Assembly: GCA_963827165.1 (NCBI GenBank)
Contig: CAWGZR010000005.1
Coordinates: 128,001 to 192,000 of the forward strand
Origin: Candidatus Bathyarchaeota archaeon
GTDB taxonomy: Archaea > Thermoproteota > Bathyarchaeia > Bathyarchaeales > Bathycorpusculaceae
DNA length: 64,000 bases
Direction: 5' to 3'
Below are positions 30,559 to 39,636 of this stretch, one piece after another (position 1 is the stretch's first letter; the number at the start of each line of letters is the position of its first letter). Both the position numbers and the translations under genes were made by a program. Below the pieces are notes generated by a model, which was not told where the DNA came from, did not search any database, and worked only from the letters and a program-made list of their open reading frames with translations.

Positions 30559-31384
30559 ACTTACAACCTCCACGCATTTCCCACAGTACTGAACTTAACC
30601 TTTCTTCAGGCAACATAGTTCGCTGCCTTAGAATCAACTCGTCAAAATCGGTTTTGTGACCGTCAAATTCTGGTCCATCAACACAGCCGAACAACATTTT
30701 GCCGCCGACTGTAACTCTGCAAACACCGCACATGCCCATGCCGTCAATCATTATAGGTGTTAAAGTTACGATAGTTGGTATGCTATAGGGTTTAGTGATT
30801 TCACTAACGTCCTTCATGAGGATCACCGGGCCCATAACTACGCATCGGTCAAACTTTTCTTTCATAAGTAAATCTTTGAGGAATTCTAACCCTTTGGAAC
30901 CGACTGATCCGTCGTCTGTTGCAATGTACACTTTGTCGCTGTAGCGTTTCGCTTCATCCTCCATCATAATGAACTCCTTTGTTCTTGCGCCAAGAATCGT
31001 GGTTACATTGTTGCCAGCTTCTTTCATGGCTTTAGCCTGCAATAGCAAAGGTGCAATCATTACACTTCCGCCGACACAGAGAACTTTGCCGTAGTTTTTG
31101 ACTTCAGATGGGTTGCCAAGTGGACCTGTAACGTTGTCGATGCTTTCGCCTTGGTTTAGTAAGCCAAGTGCTTTGGTTGTTTTGCCGACTTCATGGAAAG
31201 CGAATGATACGGTTCCTTTCACGGTGTCGTATCCTGCGATTGTCAGAGGTACCCGTTCGCCTTCTTTGCCGTTTATAACGATTAAGAATTGGCCCGCTTG
31301 CGATTTAGCCGCAACATCTGGGGCTTCAACTTCGAAGAGTTTTATTTTCGGTGCAAGTTCTTTTTTAGACACTATTTTGTACGT
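30545..31384 (-). CDS. NfnA/SudB-type small subunit (FAD, 2Fe-2S)
   Basis: GQF, ERVPLTIA, GPLG, TDDGS.G, DGMGMCGVCRV..CVDGPEFDG; probable start ACG at 31384 (ACG-YKIVSKKEL) or GTG at 31372. Confidence 0.88.
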   Translation of the reverse strand, partial: TYKIVSKKELAPKIKLFEVEAPDVAAKSQAGQFLIVINGKEGERVPLTIAGYDTVKGTVSFAFHEVGKTTKALGLLNQGESIDNVTGPLGNPSEVKNYGKVLCVGGSVMIAPLLLQAKAMKEAGNNVTTILGARTKEFIMMEDEAKRYSDKVYIATDDGSVGSKGLEFLKDLLMKEKFDRCVVMGPVILMKDVSEITKPYSIPTIVTLTPIMIDGMGMCGVCRVTVGGKMLFGCVDGPEFDGHKTDFDELILRQRTMLPEERLSSVLWEMRGGCKCGRS

Positions 31385-32595
31385 TTTGCTTTCGCCTCCA
31401 CGGTTATTTCACATTTTGGTAACGCAGAGATCTTTTTGTAGAATTCATCCAGTTTCTGGGTGAACTCGTCAGCGCATCTGGGTGACTCTTCATAAATTGT
31501 GAATCGTTCAAGCAGGTTGTTCTTTTTCAGCACCGTGAATAATGCAGCTAGGTTACGCTCTGCAGTGGCTCTGCCTTCTTGAAGTTTGCAATCTTGTGCG
31601 GAGCACACTACCGCCATTACGCCGTCGAAACCGCAGTTCAAAGCGTTGACTATGTGGACTGGGTCTAAAGACTTGAAGCAGGGGACTTCGAGAGTTAGCA
31701 CGTTTTTGCCTGCAAAGACGCTGTTAGGGTTGTCTAAAGATGAGAAGTTTGACCATTGACAAACGAATGCTAGAACTGCTGGACTCTGGTTTTTAGATTT
31801 CAACTTTGCAAGAGAATCAGCGTATCGATCCACTACGTTTTCAAATTCGAAGCCTTTCACCTGAATTGCGTGATGTGGACAAACAAGCTGGCATGCACCG
31901 CAGCCAACACATTTCTCCTCATCCACCTTTGGAGTGGCGAATGATTCGAATGTTATCGCTTTGTAGGGACAGATGAAGATGCATTTGTCACAGCCGACGC
32001 ATTCCTGTACGTCGTAAACTGCTTTTCGAGAAAACTTTACGATCCTAACCGCGTCTTCGTCGTAGCCTAACTGGTTCAAAACGTCTTTGGCTAAAACGAG
32101 TCGTCGCGCATTGATTTTTGCGCCCTCTTTATTTCGACAGAACGCGTCTTCACATTGAACCGAAACGATGTTTTTTACGCCCAAGTTTAGTGCTTCAAAG
32201 ACAAAGTCAGTCGGAACTCTGCCGGCGCACGGCAAACGAAGTGAAATGTAATTTCCGACTTTCAATCCTTGCGCCTTAAAGATGTCCTGAACTTCGCCTG
32301 TTGACGGTGAGTTTCCTCTGCACATCAAGACAAGGGTGTCAACGTTTTTGGTTTTTTCAAGCGCCTGTTTAACATAGTTGGACAGGTTATCGTAGGTATA
32401 ATATTGTGATTTGATAGCTGAACTTGGGCAAGCGCTGTAGCATATACCGCAAACTTCGCAGTCTTGGCTGCTGACTTCCACTTTCCCAGCTGAGTCGCGT
32501 TTTATTGCATCATAAGGGCAAATTGACTGGCAAACGTAACATCTACAGCACAAGTCCTGATCGATTTCCACTACAGCGAGACATTTTTCACTCAT
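31372..32595 (-). CDS. Fe-S protein with tandem [2x4Fe-4S ferredoxin + MvhD-like 2Fe-2S] x2 architecture
   Basis: Four CxxCxxCxxxCP motifs in two pairs; each pair is followed by LMC/FVC...LPCAGRV/VPCFKSL...C....C...EG MvhD-type motifs. Confidence 0.8.
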   Translation of the reverse strand: MSEKCLAVVEIDQDLCCRCYVCQSICPYDAIKRDSAGKVEVSSQDCEVCGICYSACPSSAIKSQYYTYDNLSNYVKQALEKTKNVDTLVLMCRGNSPSTGEVQDIFKAQGLKVGNYISLRLPCAGRVPTDFVFEALNLGVKNIVSVQCEDAFCRNKEGAKINARRLVLAKDVLNQLGYDEDAVRIVKFSRKAVYDVQECVGCDKCIFICPYKAITFESFATPKVDEEKCVGCGACQLVCPHHAIQVKGFEFENVVDRYADSLAKLKSKNQSPAVLAFVCQWSNFSSLDNPNSVFAGKNVLTLEVPCFKSLDPVHIVNALNCGFDGVMAVVCSAQDCKLQEGRATAERNLAALFTVLKKNNLLERFTIYEESPRCADEFTQKLDEFYKKISALPKCEITVEAKAKRTK

Positions 32596-32873
32596 TCTGA
32601 AACCTCTTTACATACCGCTGCTACTTTAAACTGTAAGTTTAAAGCTGATTAAACGCATGGAAAGGGTTTTAGAATGATATAATCCTTTCCCTGAATTTTC
32701 TGTAATATTCAATATATTATTTGGCGCGATTTCCGTCTTCCGAACCTTCTTTTTGAAAAGTTGCGACTCATTGATGCTTGGAAGCCATTATCAAAAAGCT
32801 AAATTCAGTTGGCGTCGTCTGCAGCCATTTAGACAACGAGGTGCTCTCATTTGTGGAAAATGCTGGTCTCTTT

Positions 32874-33806
32874 CTATTTTCGGTAGTAAGGTTGTCTAAT
32901 GAAGCTGAACGCTTCAAGGGCTGCGGTGATGCCTTGACCAACAGCTGTTCCGACTTGCTTGATCGGCTGGTCTGTGACGTCTCCAGCAGCGAACACGCCT
33001 GGAAGGTTCGTCTGTTGTTTCACGTCGACTTTGATGTACCCATGCGCATCTGTCTCGACCCCAGCTGCTTTAGCGAGTTGGCTGTTTGGTGCTTCGCCGA
33101 TCTGAACAAAAACTGCATCTACTGAAAGCTCGCTTGTTTTCCCGGTCATGTTATCGAGTAAAATTACGGTTCTGACTTGTTTATCGCCCTTGACTTCTTG
33201 AACCTCAGTGTTCCACAGAACAGTAACGTTGTTCTTGGTCGATATATCTGAGACCAGGCTTTCTTCTGCCCTAAAAGCTTGACGCCTATGAATTACCGTT
33301 ACTTGGGCGGCTAAGCCTGAAAGATAAAGCGTCGTTATGCAAGCGGTATTTCCGCCGCCTACTACCAGTACTCGTTTGCCTTTGAAGAAGGGTCCATCGC
33401 AAACGCCGCAGTAGCTGACGCCTTTGCCTCTGAATTCCTTCTCTCCTTTAACTCCGATTTCCCTGTAATGAGAACCCGTGGAATATATGATTGCTTTTGT
33501 TTTGTAGGTTGATGCGGCGGTTTTGATTGTTTTCTCTTCGCCCTTAAGGTCGAGTTCGGTTACGGGTTCTAGCTCGTGGATGGTGGCACCGACTTTTCTG
33601 CAGTGAGAAGTCATTTTCTCCGCAAGTTCCCCGCCGCTTATTTCGGCGAACCCAGGGTAATTAACAACGGTGGATGCGTCGGCGATTGTTCCGCCTGACA
33701 GTTTCTCATCTAAAATAAGGGTTTTAAGTCCGCTTCTAATAGCATAGATCCCAGCAGATAGCCCTGCTGAGCCGGCGCCGATTATTATGATATCCCAAGT
33801 GTCCAT
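32874..33806 (-). CDS. trxB: Thioredoxin reductase
   Basis: IIGAGSAG, NYPGF, GKGVSYCGVCDG, GGGNTA, HRR, FAAGDVT. Confidence 0.93.
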   Translation of the reverse strand: MDTWDIIIIGAGSAGLSAGIYAIRSGLKTLILDEKLSGGTIADASTVVNYPGFAEISGGELAEKMTSHCRKVGATIHELEPVTELDLKGEEKTIKTAASTYKTKAIIYSTGSHYREIGVKGEKEFRGKGVSYCGVCDGPFFKGKRVLVVGGGNTACITTLYLSGLAAQVTVIHRRQAFRAEESLVSDISTKNNVTVLWNTEVQEVKGDKQVRTVILLDNMTGKTSELSVDAVFVQIGEAPNSQLAKAAGVETDAHGYIKVDVKQQTNLPGVFAAGDVTDQPIKQVGTAVGQGITAALEAFSFIRQPYYRK

Positions 33807-33931
33807 AACACTGCATCTCTTTAGGAGAATAAAGTTTAGGGCGGTTTATGAATTGTTCGATTGCTTTTTGCCCTTGCCAATAAGCTGATAAGGATGAGGT
33901 CAATTTATTTGTTTTAGATATGTTTTGAGGT

Positions 33932-35701
33932 GTGTTTTTGGGTCGGTTCCGGTGCACGGTTTGCAACTATATTTACGATGAAGTAAAAGAAGGAAAGAAA
34001 TTTAGTGATTTGCCTAAAGAGTGGGTTTGCCCAGTCTGCGGAGCGCCTAAATCATCTTTTGTCTTGTTGACAGAGCAAGTTGAAGAAAAAACGGAGAAAA
34101 AGGCCGAGCATACAGTATCACAGATTCTTATAAATCAGATTGCAGAATGGGGTGTCCAATATGTTTTCGGTATCCCAGGCACTTCAACTTTAGGCGTAGT
34201 CGATGCCATCCGCAGAACAAACGGAAAAGTGAAGTACATTCAGGTTCGGCATGAACAAACCGCAGCATTCATGGCTTCAGCCTATGGGAAACTGACTGGC
34301 CACATAGCCGCTTGCTTAGGCATTTCTGGTCCAGGCGCAACTAACCTCGCGACGGGCTTGTACGACGCAAAACTTGATCACTCGCCAGTGTTAGCCCTAA
34401 CCGGTTTAGTGGCTAGGCAAATGATCGGTCCAGGCTCAATACAGGAAATTGACCAGTACGCTTACTTTGAACCCATATGCGTCTTCAACAAAATCCTAAT
34501 GTCCGAAGACCAAACCACAATGTTAGCCACTCTGGCAATTAAGCATGCCCTCCTAAACCAGGGTGTCGCCCACATCGGGATCCCAAACGACGTGCAGAAA
34601 CTTCCCTACGAAGCCGACATTTTGCTGTTTGAAGGAAGAATGCCTAACCTTGCCTATGGACAAGAAGAATGGTTGATTGAGAAGGCAGCCAACCTTGTTA
34701 ACCAAGCGAGCCGTCCCGTGATTCTGGCGGGTTTTGGCGCGAGAGGTCAAGGCACCAAATTGCTAAAGTTGGCCTCGAAGATTTCCGCGCCTATCATGAC
34801 CACGTTTAGGGCTAAAGGCGTCGTAGACGAATACGACTTGATGCATGTCGGCTGCCACGGCGATATCGGTTCAACTGCGGCTGCGGAGCTTATGACCAAA
34901 GCTGATTTGCTAATAGCCGTCGGCTCATCGTTTTCAGATTTAACCCATGTGCCCAAGAAACGCACCTTGCAAATTGACATTAACCCGCTTATGATTGCGC
35001 GCAGATACCCAGTTGAGGCGGCTTTGCTTGGAAACAGCGCAGTGCTTATTCCGAAGTTAACTGGGAAAGTGCAGGAGAAAAAGAACCCAGCTTACCTCGA
35101 AGAGATTGCCCGCCTGAAGCAACAGTGGCTCAGTCAGATAGAGAGAGAAGCCGACTCCAGCATGAAGCCGATTAGACTCCCATACATAATCAAGGTCTTA
35201 AACGACAAACTCGCGGATGACGCGGTAATTTCTCTGGATGTTGGGGAGAACTGCTGGTGGTTTGGCCGCAATTTCAGGATGCGTCGCTCGCAGAAGATGG
35301 TGATGAGTGGGACTTTGGCGACTATGGGTTTCGGGTTGCCCGGAGCGTTAGCTGCTGCGTTGGCTTACCCGGGTAAGCAGATCGTTTGTTTGACGGGCGA
35401 CGGCGGCTTGACCATGGTTCTAGGAGATTTCATAACCGCGCTCAAGTATGCGTTGCCAATCAAAGTTTTCGTGATCAACAATAAGCGGCTGGGAATGATC
35501 ATGCAGGAGCAGAAAGTTGAGGGATACGAAAGCTGGCAAACCGACCTATTCGACATCAACTTTGCCGACTTCGCTGAGCATGCAGGAGGCGTCGGCATAA
35601 GGGTTTCTGAACCGGGCGAACTAGGAGCAGCCGTTGACAAAGCATTAGCAGCCACCAAACCAGCTATCGTTGACATAGAAACTGATCCGAGAAGATTCTA
35701 A
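33932..35701 (+). CDS. TPP-dependent pyruvate oxidase/ALS-family enzyme with N-terminal rubredoxin
   Basis: CTVCNYIYD...[14 protein letters not shown] rubredoxin; [21 protein letters not shown]...NN TPP motif. Confidence 0.88.
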   Translation: MFLGRFRCTVCNYIYDEVKEGKKFSDLPKEWVCPVCGAPKSSFVLLTEQVEEKTEKKAEHTVSQILINQIAEWGVQYVFGIPGTSTLGVVDAIRRTNGKVKYIQVRHEQTAAFMASAYGKLTGHIAACLGISGPGATNLATGLYDAKLDHSPVLALTGLVARQMIGPGSIQEIDQYAYFEPICVFNKILMSEDQTTMLATLAIKHALLNQGVAHIGIPNDVQKLPYEADILLFEGRMPNLAYGQEEWLIEKAANLVNQASRPVILAGFGARGQGTKLLKLASKISAPIMTTFRAKGVVDEYDLMHVGCHGDIGSTAAAELMTKADLLIAVGSSFSDLTHVPKKRTLQIDINPLMIARRYPVEAALLGNSAVLIPKLTGKVQEKKNPAYLEEIARLKQQWLSQIEREADSSMKPIRLPYIIKVLNDKLADDAVISLDVGENCWWFGRNFRMRRSQKMVMSGTLATMGFGLPGALAAALAYPGKQIVCLTGDGGLTMVLGDFITALKYALPIKVFVINNKRLGMIMQEQKVEGYESWQTDLFDINFADFAEHAGGVGIRVSEPGELGAAVDKALAATKPAIVDIETDPRRF

Positions 35702-35724
35702 GAAGCATTCGAAAGGAACCTGCT

Positions 35725-36110
35725 GATGCTTTTCGGCTCATTTTTACCTTGGCTTTTTAATGTAAACACTTGCCCTGCTTTTTACAGGAAATATTAGGGC
35801 TTGTCTTGAGTTGATTTTCTTATTTGGGTCTTGATTTGGCGGCAGGTTGCGTCCCAAAATCTCTTAAAATCGCCCATAATCTCCCTTAAATCTCCATAAT
35901 CCTCTGCAAATTCTTGAAAGACATTGCCAGCCAACTCTGGAAAAGCAAGTGCAAGTTTAGTTGTGTCTTATGTTTTTTCGCAGAAATTGTTGTTTGTGTT
36001 TTGGGTTGCTTTCTTGTGGAGAAGCTTGAATCAGTTGCAGGTCAATACTTATTTTTACGCAATTTGACACGAATTGACACAAAATGACATGTTTTGACAC
36101 AATCTGACAA
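35725..36110 (+). repeat. Non-coding dispersed repeat copy A, with 10-nt periodic arrays at 35856-35915 and 36061-36110
   Basis: Collinear blocks similar to the reverse complement of 54622-54965; TGACA repeats every 10 nt five times. Confidence 0.65.
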
Positions 36111-36247
36111 CCCACAAAAATAAAGGAGCGAATTCAGAGCCTTAACTCGAAAAACATAGTTTAACATATCAAGATAAGAAAGCAAACTGTTTCAATAATA
36201 GGTTAATTTAGGCGAAACAACAAAGAGTTAATGGAGGTAAAAATGAA

Positions 36248-36451
36248 ATGCCAATAGTTCAAGTTTCTGTTTGGGAGGGAATGACCCCCGAGAACAAGAA
36301 GAAGACAGTTGAGGGAATAACCAAAGTTTTCGAAGATTTAGGAATCCCCAAAGAAGCAGTGCACATCGTCATTTATGAAGCGCCAAAAGGCAATTGGGCA
36401 ACAGGCGGACAACTGCACTCAGAACGGCACACAAATACTCCTTCTCTGTGA
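36248..36451 (+). CDS. 4-oxalocrotonate tautomerase family protein
   Basis: N-terminal catalytic Pro (MPIVQV), NWATGG; GGAGGT RBS. Confidence 0.9.
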   Translation: MPIVQVSVWEGMTPENKKKTVEGITKVFEDLGIPKEAVHIVIYEAPKGNWATGGQLHSERHTNTPSL

Positions 36452-36495
36452 TCGTAGAGACAGATAAAAGAGGCTTTAGAAAACCAGATTTTTGT

Positions 36496-36574
36496 TGGTA
36501 GCGGGGAGTAGATTTGAACTACTGATCTCTGGGTTATGAGCCCAGCGGGTTAATCCTGGCTACCCCACCCCGCT
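36496..36574 (-). tRNA. Initiator tRNA-Met(CAT)
   Basis: AGCGGGG acceptor with A1-U72; anticodon arm CTGGG-CT-CAT-AA-CCCAG with three G-C pairs; encoded CCA. Confidence 0.93.
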
Positions 36575-36704
36575 ATGCGATGCGACAATTTTTGGTTTTA
36601 GTATTCTATTACGTGATTCATCAAATATTAATAGTTTCTTTTTCGTTGCTTGCAAAAGCATTTTAGTGTGGTCTTTTACTGTATGGTGCATTGGTGTTTG
36701 CAGA

Positions 36705-37376
36705 ATGGATAAGGCGCAGTTACGTAAGTTGTCTGAGCCAACGTTGGAGAACCCTATTTTCGTTCAAGGGTTGCCGGGCTTTGGAAACGTCGGCAGGATC
36801 GCGGCTCATTTGCTCATAAAGTTCTTCAGCGCCAAGCCTTTCGCCGAGCTCTATTCGCCTAGTTTTCCGGATTATGTCTCCGTAACTTCCAAGGGCATCG
36901 CTCACTTGCCGCGGTATGAGTTTTATTATGCGCCTATGGAGAAGAACAACTTAGTCATAATGACCGGGGAAATTCAGCCTTCCTTCGATGACGTCGTCGC
37001 TCATTATGAGGTATGTGAAGAAGTGATTGATTTCGTCGAATCTTTAGGCTGCCGCTTTATCGTAACAATGGGTGGCATACCGATAACAGAAGAGAAAGCG
37101 CAGGTTTACATCGCCGCAACCTCGCCGAGGCTCGCAAGGGAGTTCATGGAGAAAGGTGCGGTCATTTACAGTAAAGGCAGAATCGTAGGAGCCACAGGGC
37201 TTACATTGGCGATGGCTAAGGAGCGCAAACTTGACGGCGTCGGCCTGCTTGGGACAACCACGGGTTTTAGGGCCGATCGTGAGGCTGGGTTTCTTGTTTT
37301 CAAGTTCTTAATGAAATCTTTAGGAAAAGAGATAAAAGAAGGTTTGGTAGAAAACAATGCACCAGAAGAACAGTAG
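36705..37376 (+). CDS. PAC2-family proteasome assembly chaperone
   Basis: QGLPGFGNVG, GEIQP, TMGG, GRIVGATG, DREA. Confidence 0.85.
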   Translation: MDKAQLRKLSEPTLENPIFVQGLPGFGNVGRIAAHLLIKFFSAKPFAELYSPSFPDYVSVTSKGIAHLPRYEFYYAPMEKNNLVIMTGEIQPSFDDVVAHYEVCEEVIDFVESLGCRFIVTMGGIPITEEKAQVYIAATSPRLAREFMEKGAVIYSKGRIVGATGLTLAMAKERKLDGVGLLGTTTGFRADREAGFLVFKFLMKSLGKEIKEGLVENNAPEEQ

Positions 37377-37388
37377 GTTGAGCGTCGC

Positions 37389-37619
37389 ATGATTGAAAAC
37401 GAAAACGTGAAAGTAACGGGCATATACAGTAAGTTCTGGAGAATAACGTTAGTTGTATTTTCAATGCTGCTTATCTTCGTTGGTCCCACATATTTCACTC
37501 TAGCTCTGACTAAACTGAAGATAGACTATTTCCCCGCAATAGGCGCTGGCTTGGTCCTCTTCATAGCAGGTATAGCCCTAATGGCGTTCCTCATCAGAAA
37601 GAAACTCATAACCGTCTAA
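37389..37619 (+). CDS. Small 2-TM hypothetical protein
   Basis: 76 aa, two hydrophobic helices, follows PAC2 gene. Confidence 0.6.
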   Translation: MIENENVKVTGIYSKFWRITLVVFSMLLIFVGPTYFTLALTKLKIDYFPAIGAGLVLFIAGIALMAFLIRKKLITV

Positions 37620-37799
37620 GTTTGCCTCAGATACCCTAGGGTGCATCATTCAATCAGCGATTTGGATTCTTCATCGGCAAGCCTCTAGAAACTGCACCTG
37701 TTTTATTTAACTATTCATCGACTTGGAGGGCAAAACTGATTTTGAATCCTTTTCCAAAATACATAAGCCATATTAAATATGCTCATCGAAATAGCCTGT

Positions 37800-38387
37800 A
37801 TGCAGGAAAACAGCCGAATCCTCCATTCTTTGCCCAAACCCAAAAATGAAGAAGCAAAAAGAACAACAATTATCCTTGAAAAAGACGAACGGGAATTCAT
37901 TGAATCATTAATCGCAGATGGTAAAGAGGCAGGAATCAAGCCGCTCATTTCCAAAATGCTTGACATCTACAAAGCCATGATGATTTACGACTGGCGCTTC
38001 CCAGGCGAATACTACTGTGGAATAAGTCGCATGGCACTTGTTAACGTTGAATTATTCAACCTCCTCACTCAGCAAATCCCTAAAGAGCAATGGCGTGAAA
38101 TTGGGAGAAAAATGGGTGATGCCCTAAGCGTTTCTATCGGGTCAACGCTTGGGGTGGAATCAAGTGAACAAACAAATTGGGAAAAAGTCTTTGAAAGGCT
38201 GAAAGCCCAGGGTTTTGGAGATTTTTATCTTAAGGATAAGTTCTTGCTGCTAAAGACGCCTTTTATAAACGAATGTGAAATTTGGAGAGGCATACTTGAA
38301 GGATTGCTTAGCGTCGAGTTGGAAACGCGAAATTCGATGCCGCCGCTGGTTTTCGAGTTAAAGAAGCGTAAGCAGCCGTCTGTTTAG
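37800..38387 (+). CDS. Hypothetical protein, possible RHH + V4R-like regulator
   Basis: KRTTIILEKDEREFIE (RHH-like); IGRKMG...QGFGDF...RGILEGLL (V4R/Bet3-like pattern). Confidence 0.55.
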   Translation: MQENSRILHSLPKPKNEEAKRTTIILEKDEREFIESLIADGKEAGIKPLISKMLDIYKAMMIYDWRFPGEYYCGISRMALVNVELFNLLTQQIPKEQWREIGRKMGDALSVSIGSTLGVESSEQTNWEKVFERLKAQGFGDFYLKDKFLLLKTPFINECEIWRGILEGLLSVELETRNSMPPLVFELKKRKQPSV

Positions 38388-38637
38388 CGGTTTTTGCCTT
38401 TTTGACAAGTTAAATATTGGGGCACGATTTATTAGGAAGACAGACGTTCAGGTGTCTTTCAGTGGTATACGATGAGGGATTGCGTTCATACAAGGCGATT
38501 GCGTTCATTAAAGGCAATCAAAGATGCCTAGGTTCTAAATCAAATGGCTATTTGAAATTAGGCGCATTCCCCGCAAATACCGTTTTAGCAAAACAAAAAA
38601 CCCTTAGAAGTTTCTCTAAAAATTTAGGTGACAGATT

Positions 38638-39636
38638 ATGGATAAAATAAAATTTGCAATACCAAAGGGCTCCCTAGAAAAAGCTACCGCGGAATTCTTT
38701 TCCAAATCAGGCTTCAAAATCGGCGGAACAGAAAGGACATACCGCCCAAGCATAAACGACCCCCAAATAGAACTTAAAGTTCTTAGACCCCAAGAAATCC
38801 CCGTTTTTGTCAGCGAAGGCTTACAAGACCTCGGCATAACAGGTGAAGATTGGGTAAAAGAAAACCGTGCAGACGTTGAAGTCCTACAGAACTTAGAGTA
38901 CGGAAAAATCAGGCTTGTAATAGCTGTCCCAAAAACATGCAAAAACGAAACGATGGGCGAATTCATGGAATCCATCTGGAGCCAAGGCAAAAACTTCCGA
39001 ATCAGCACAGAATACCTTAACATCGCTTCGGAGTATCTAAAGAGTACAGCCCAATATAAGAAGCGTTTCGGCGACGCAGACCCCATGCTTGTCACGCCTT
39101 GGTGGAAAAAAGGCGACAATTCAAGAGCCAAAATATTCTTGTCCTTCGGTGCTACCGAGGCGAAACCGCCGGAAAACTCCGACGCCATTATGGATGTAAC
39201 GGAAACAGGAACAACCATTGAAGCAAACAACCTAAAAATCATAGATACCGTCCTGAAGTCTTCGGCAATTCTTATCGCGAACAAGAAAGCGATGGAAGAC
39301 CCTGAGAAACGCGAAAAAATCCACGACATATTAGCGTTGCTCAAAGGAGTCGTAGATGGATCGAAGAGAATCCACATATTCGTTAACGTCAAAAAGTCAA
39401 ACCTACAAAAGTTGCTAACCGAGTTGCCGGCGCTTAAGAACCCAACCATCTCTCCGTTGGCGGACGAGGCTTGGGTCAGCGTCAACACGGTTATCGAGAA
39501 AGACTGCTTAATAGAGCTCTTGCCAAAAATCCGTAAACTAGCCCAAGGCTTAGTAGTTTATGAGCCCAGGCAAGTGCTGGCGTTAGATGAGATAGTTAAA
39601 CGAGAGGAGAACCTGTGCAAGAACAAAACCCAGTGA
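38638..39636 (+). CDS. hisG: ATP phosphoribosyltransferase (long form)
   Basis: AIPKGSL, RPQEIP, DLGITGED, GATE, DVTETGTT; C-terminal regulatory domain with PTIS. Confidence 0.93.
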   Translation: MDKIKFAIPKGSLEKATAEFFSKSGFKIGGTERTYRPSINDPQIELKVLRPQEIPVFVSEGLQDLGITGEDWVKENRADVEVLQNLEYGKIRLVIAVPKTCKNETMGEFMESIWSQGKNFRISTEYLNIASEYLKSTAQYKKRFGDADPMLVTPWWKKGDNSRAKIFLSFGATEAKPPENSDAIMDVTETGTTIEANNLKIIDTVLKSSAILIANKKAMEDPEKREKIHDILALLKGVVDGSKRIHIFVNVKKSNLQKLLTELPALKNPTISPLADEAWVSVNTVIEKDCLIELLPKIRKLAQGLVVYEPRQVLALDEIVKREENLCKNKTQ

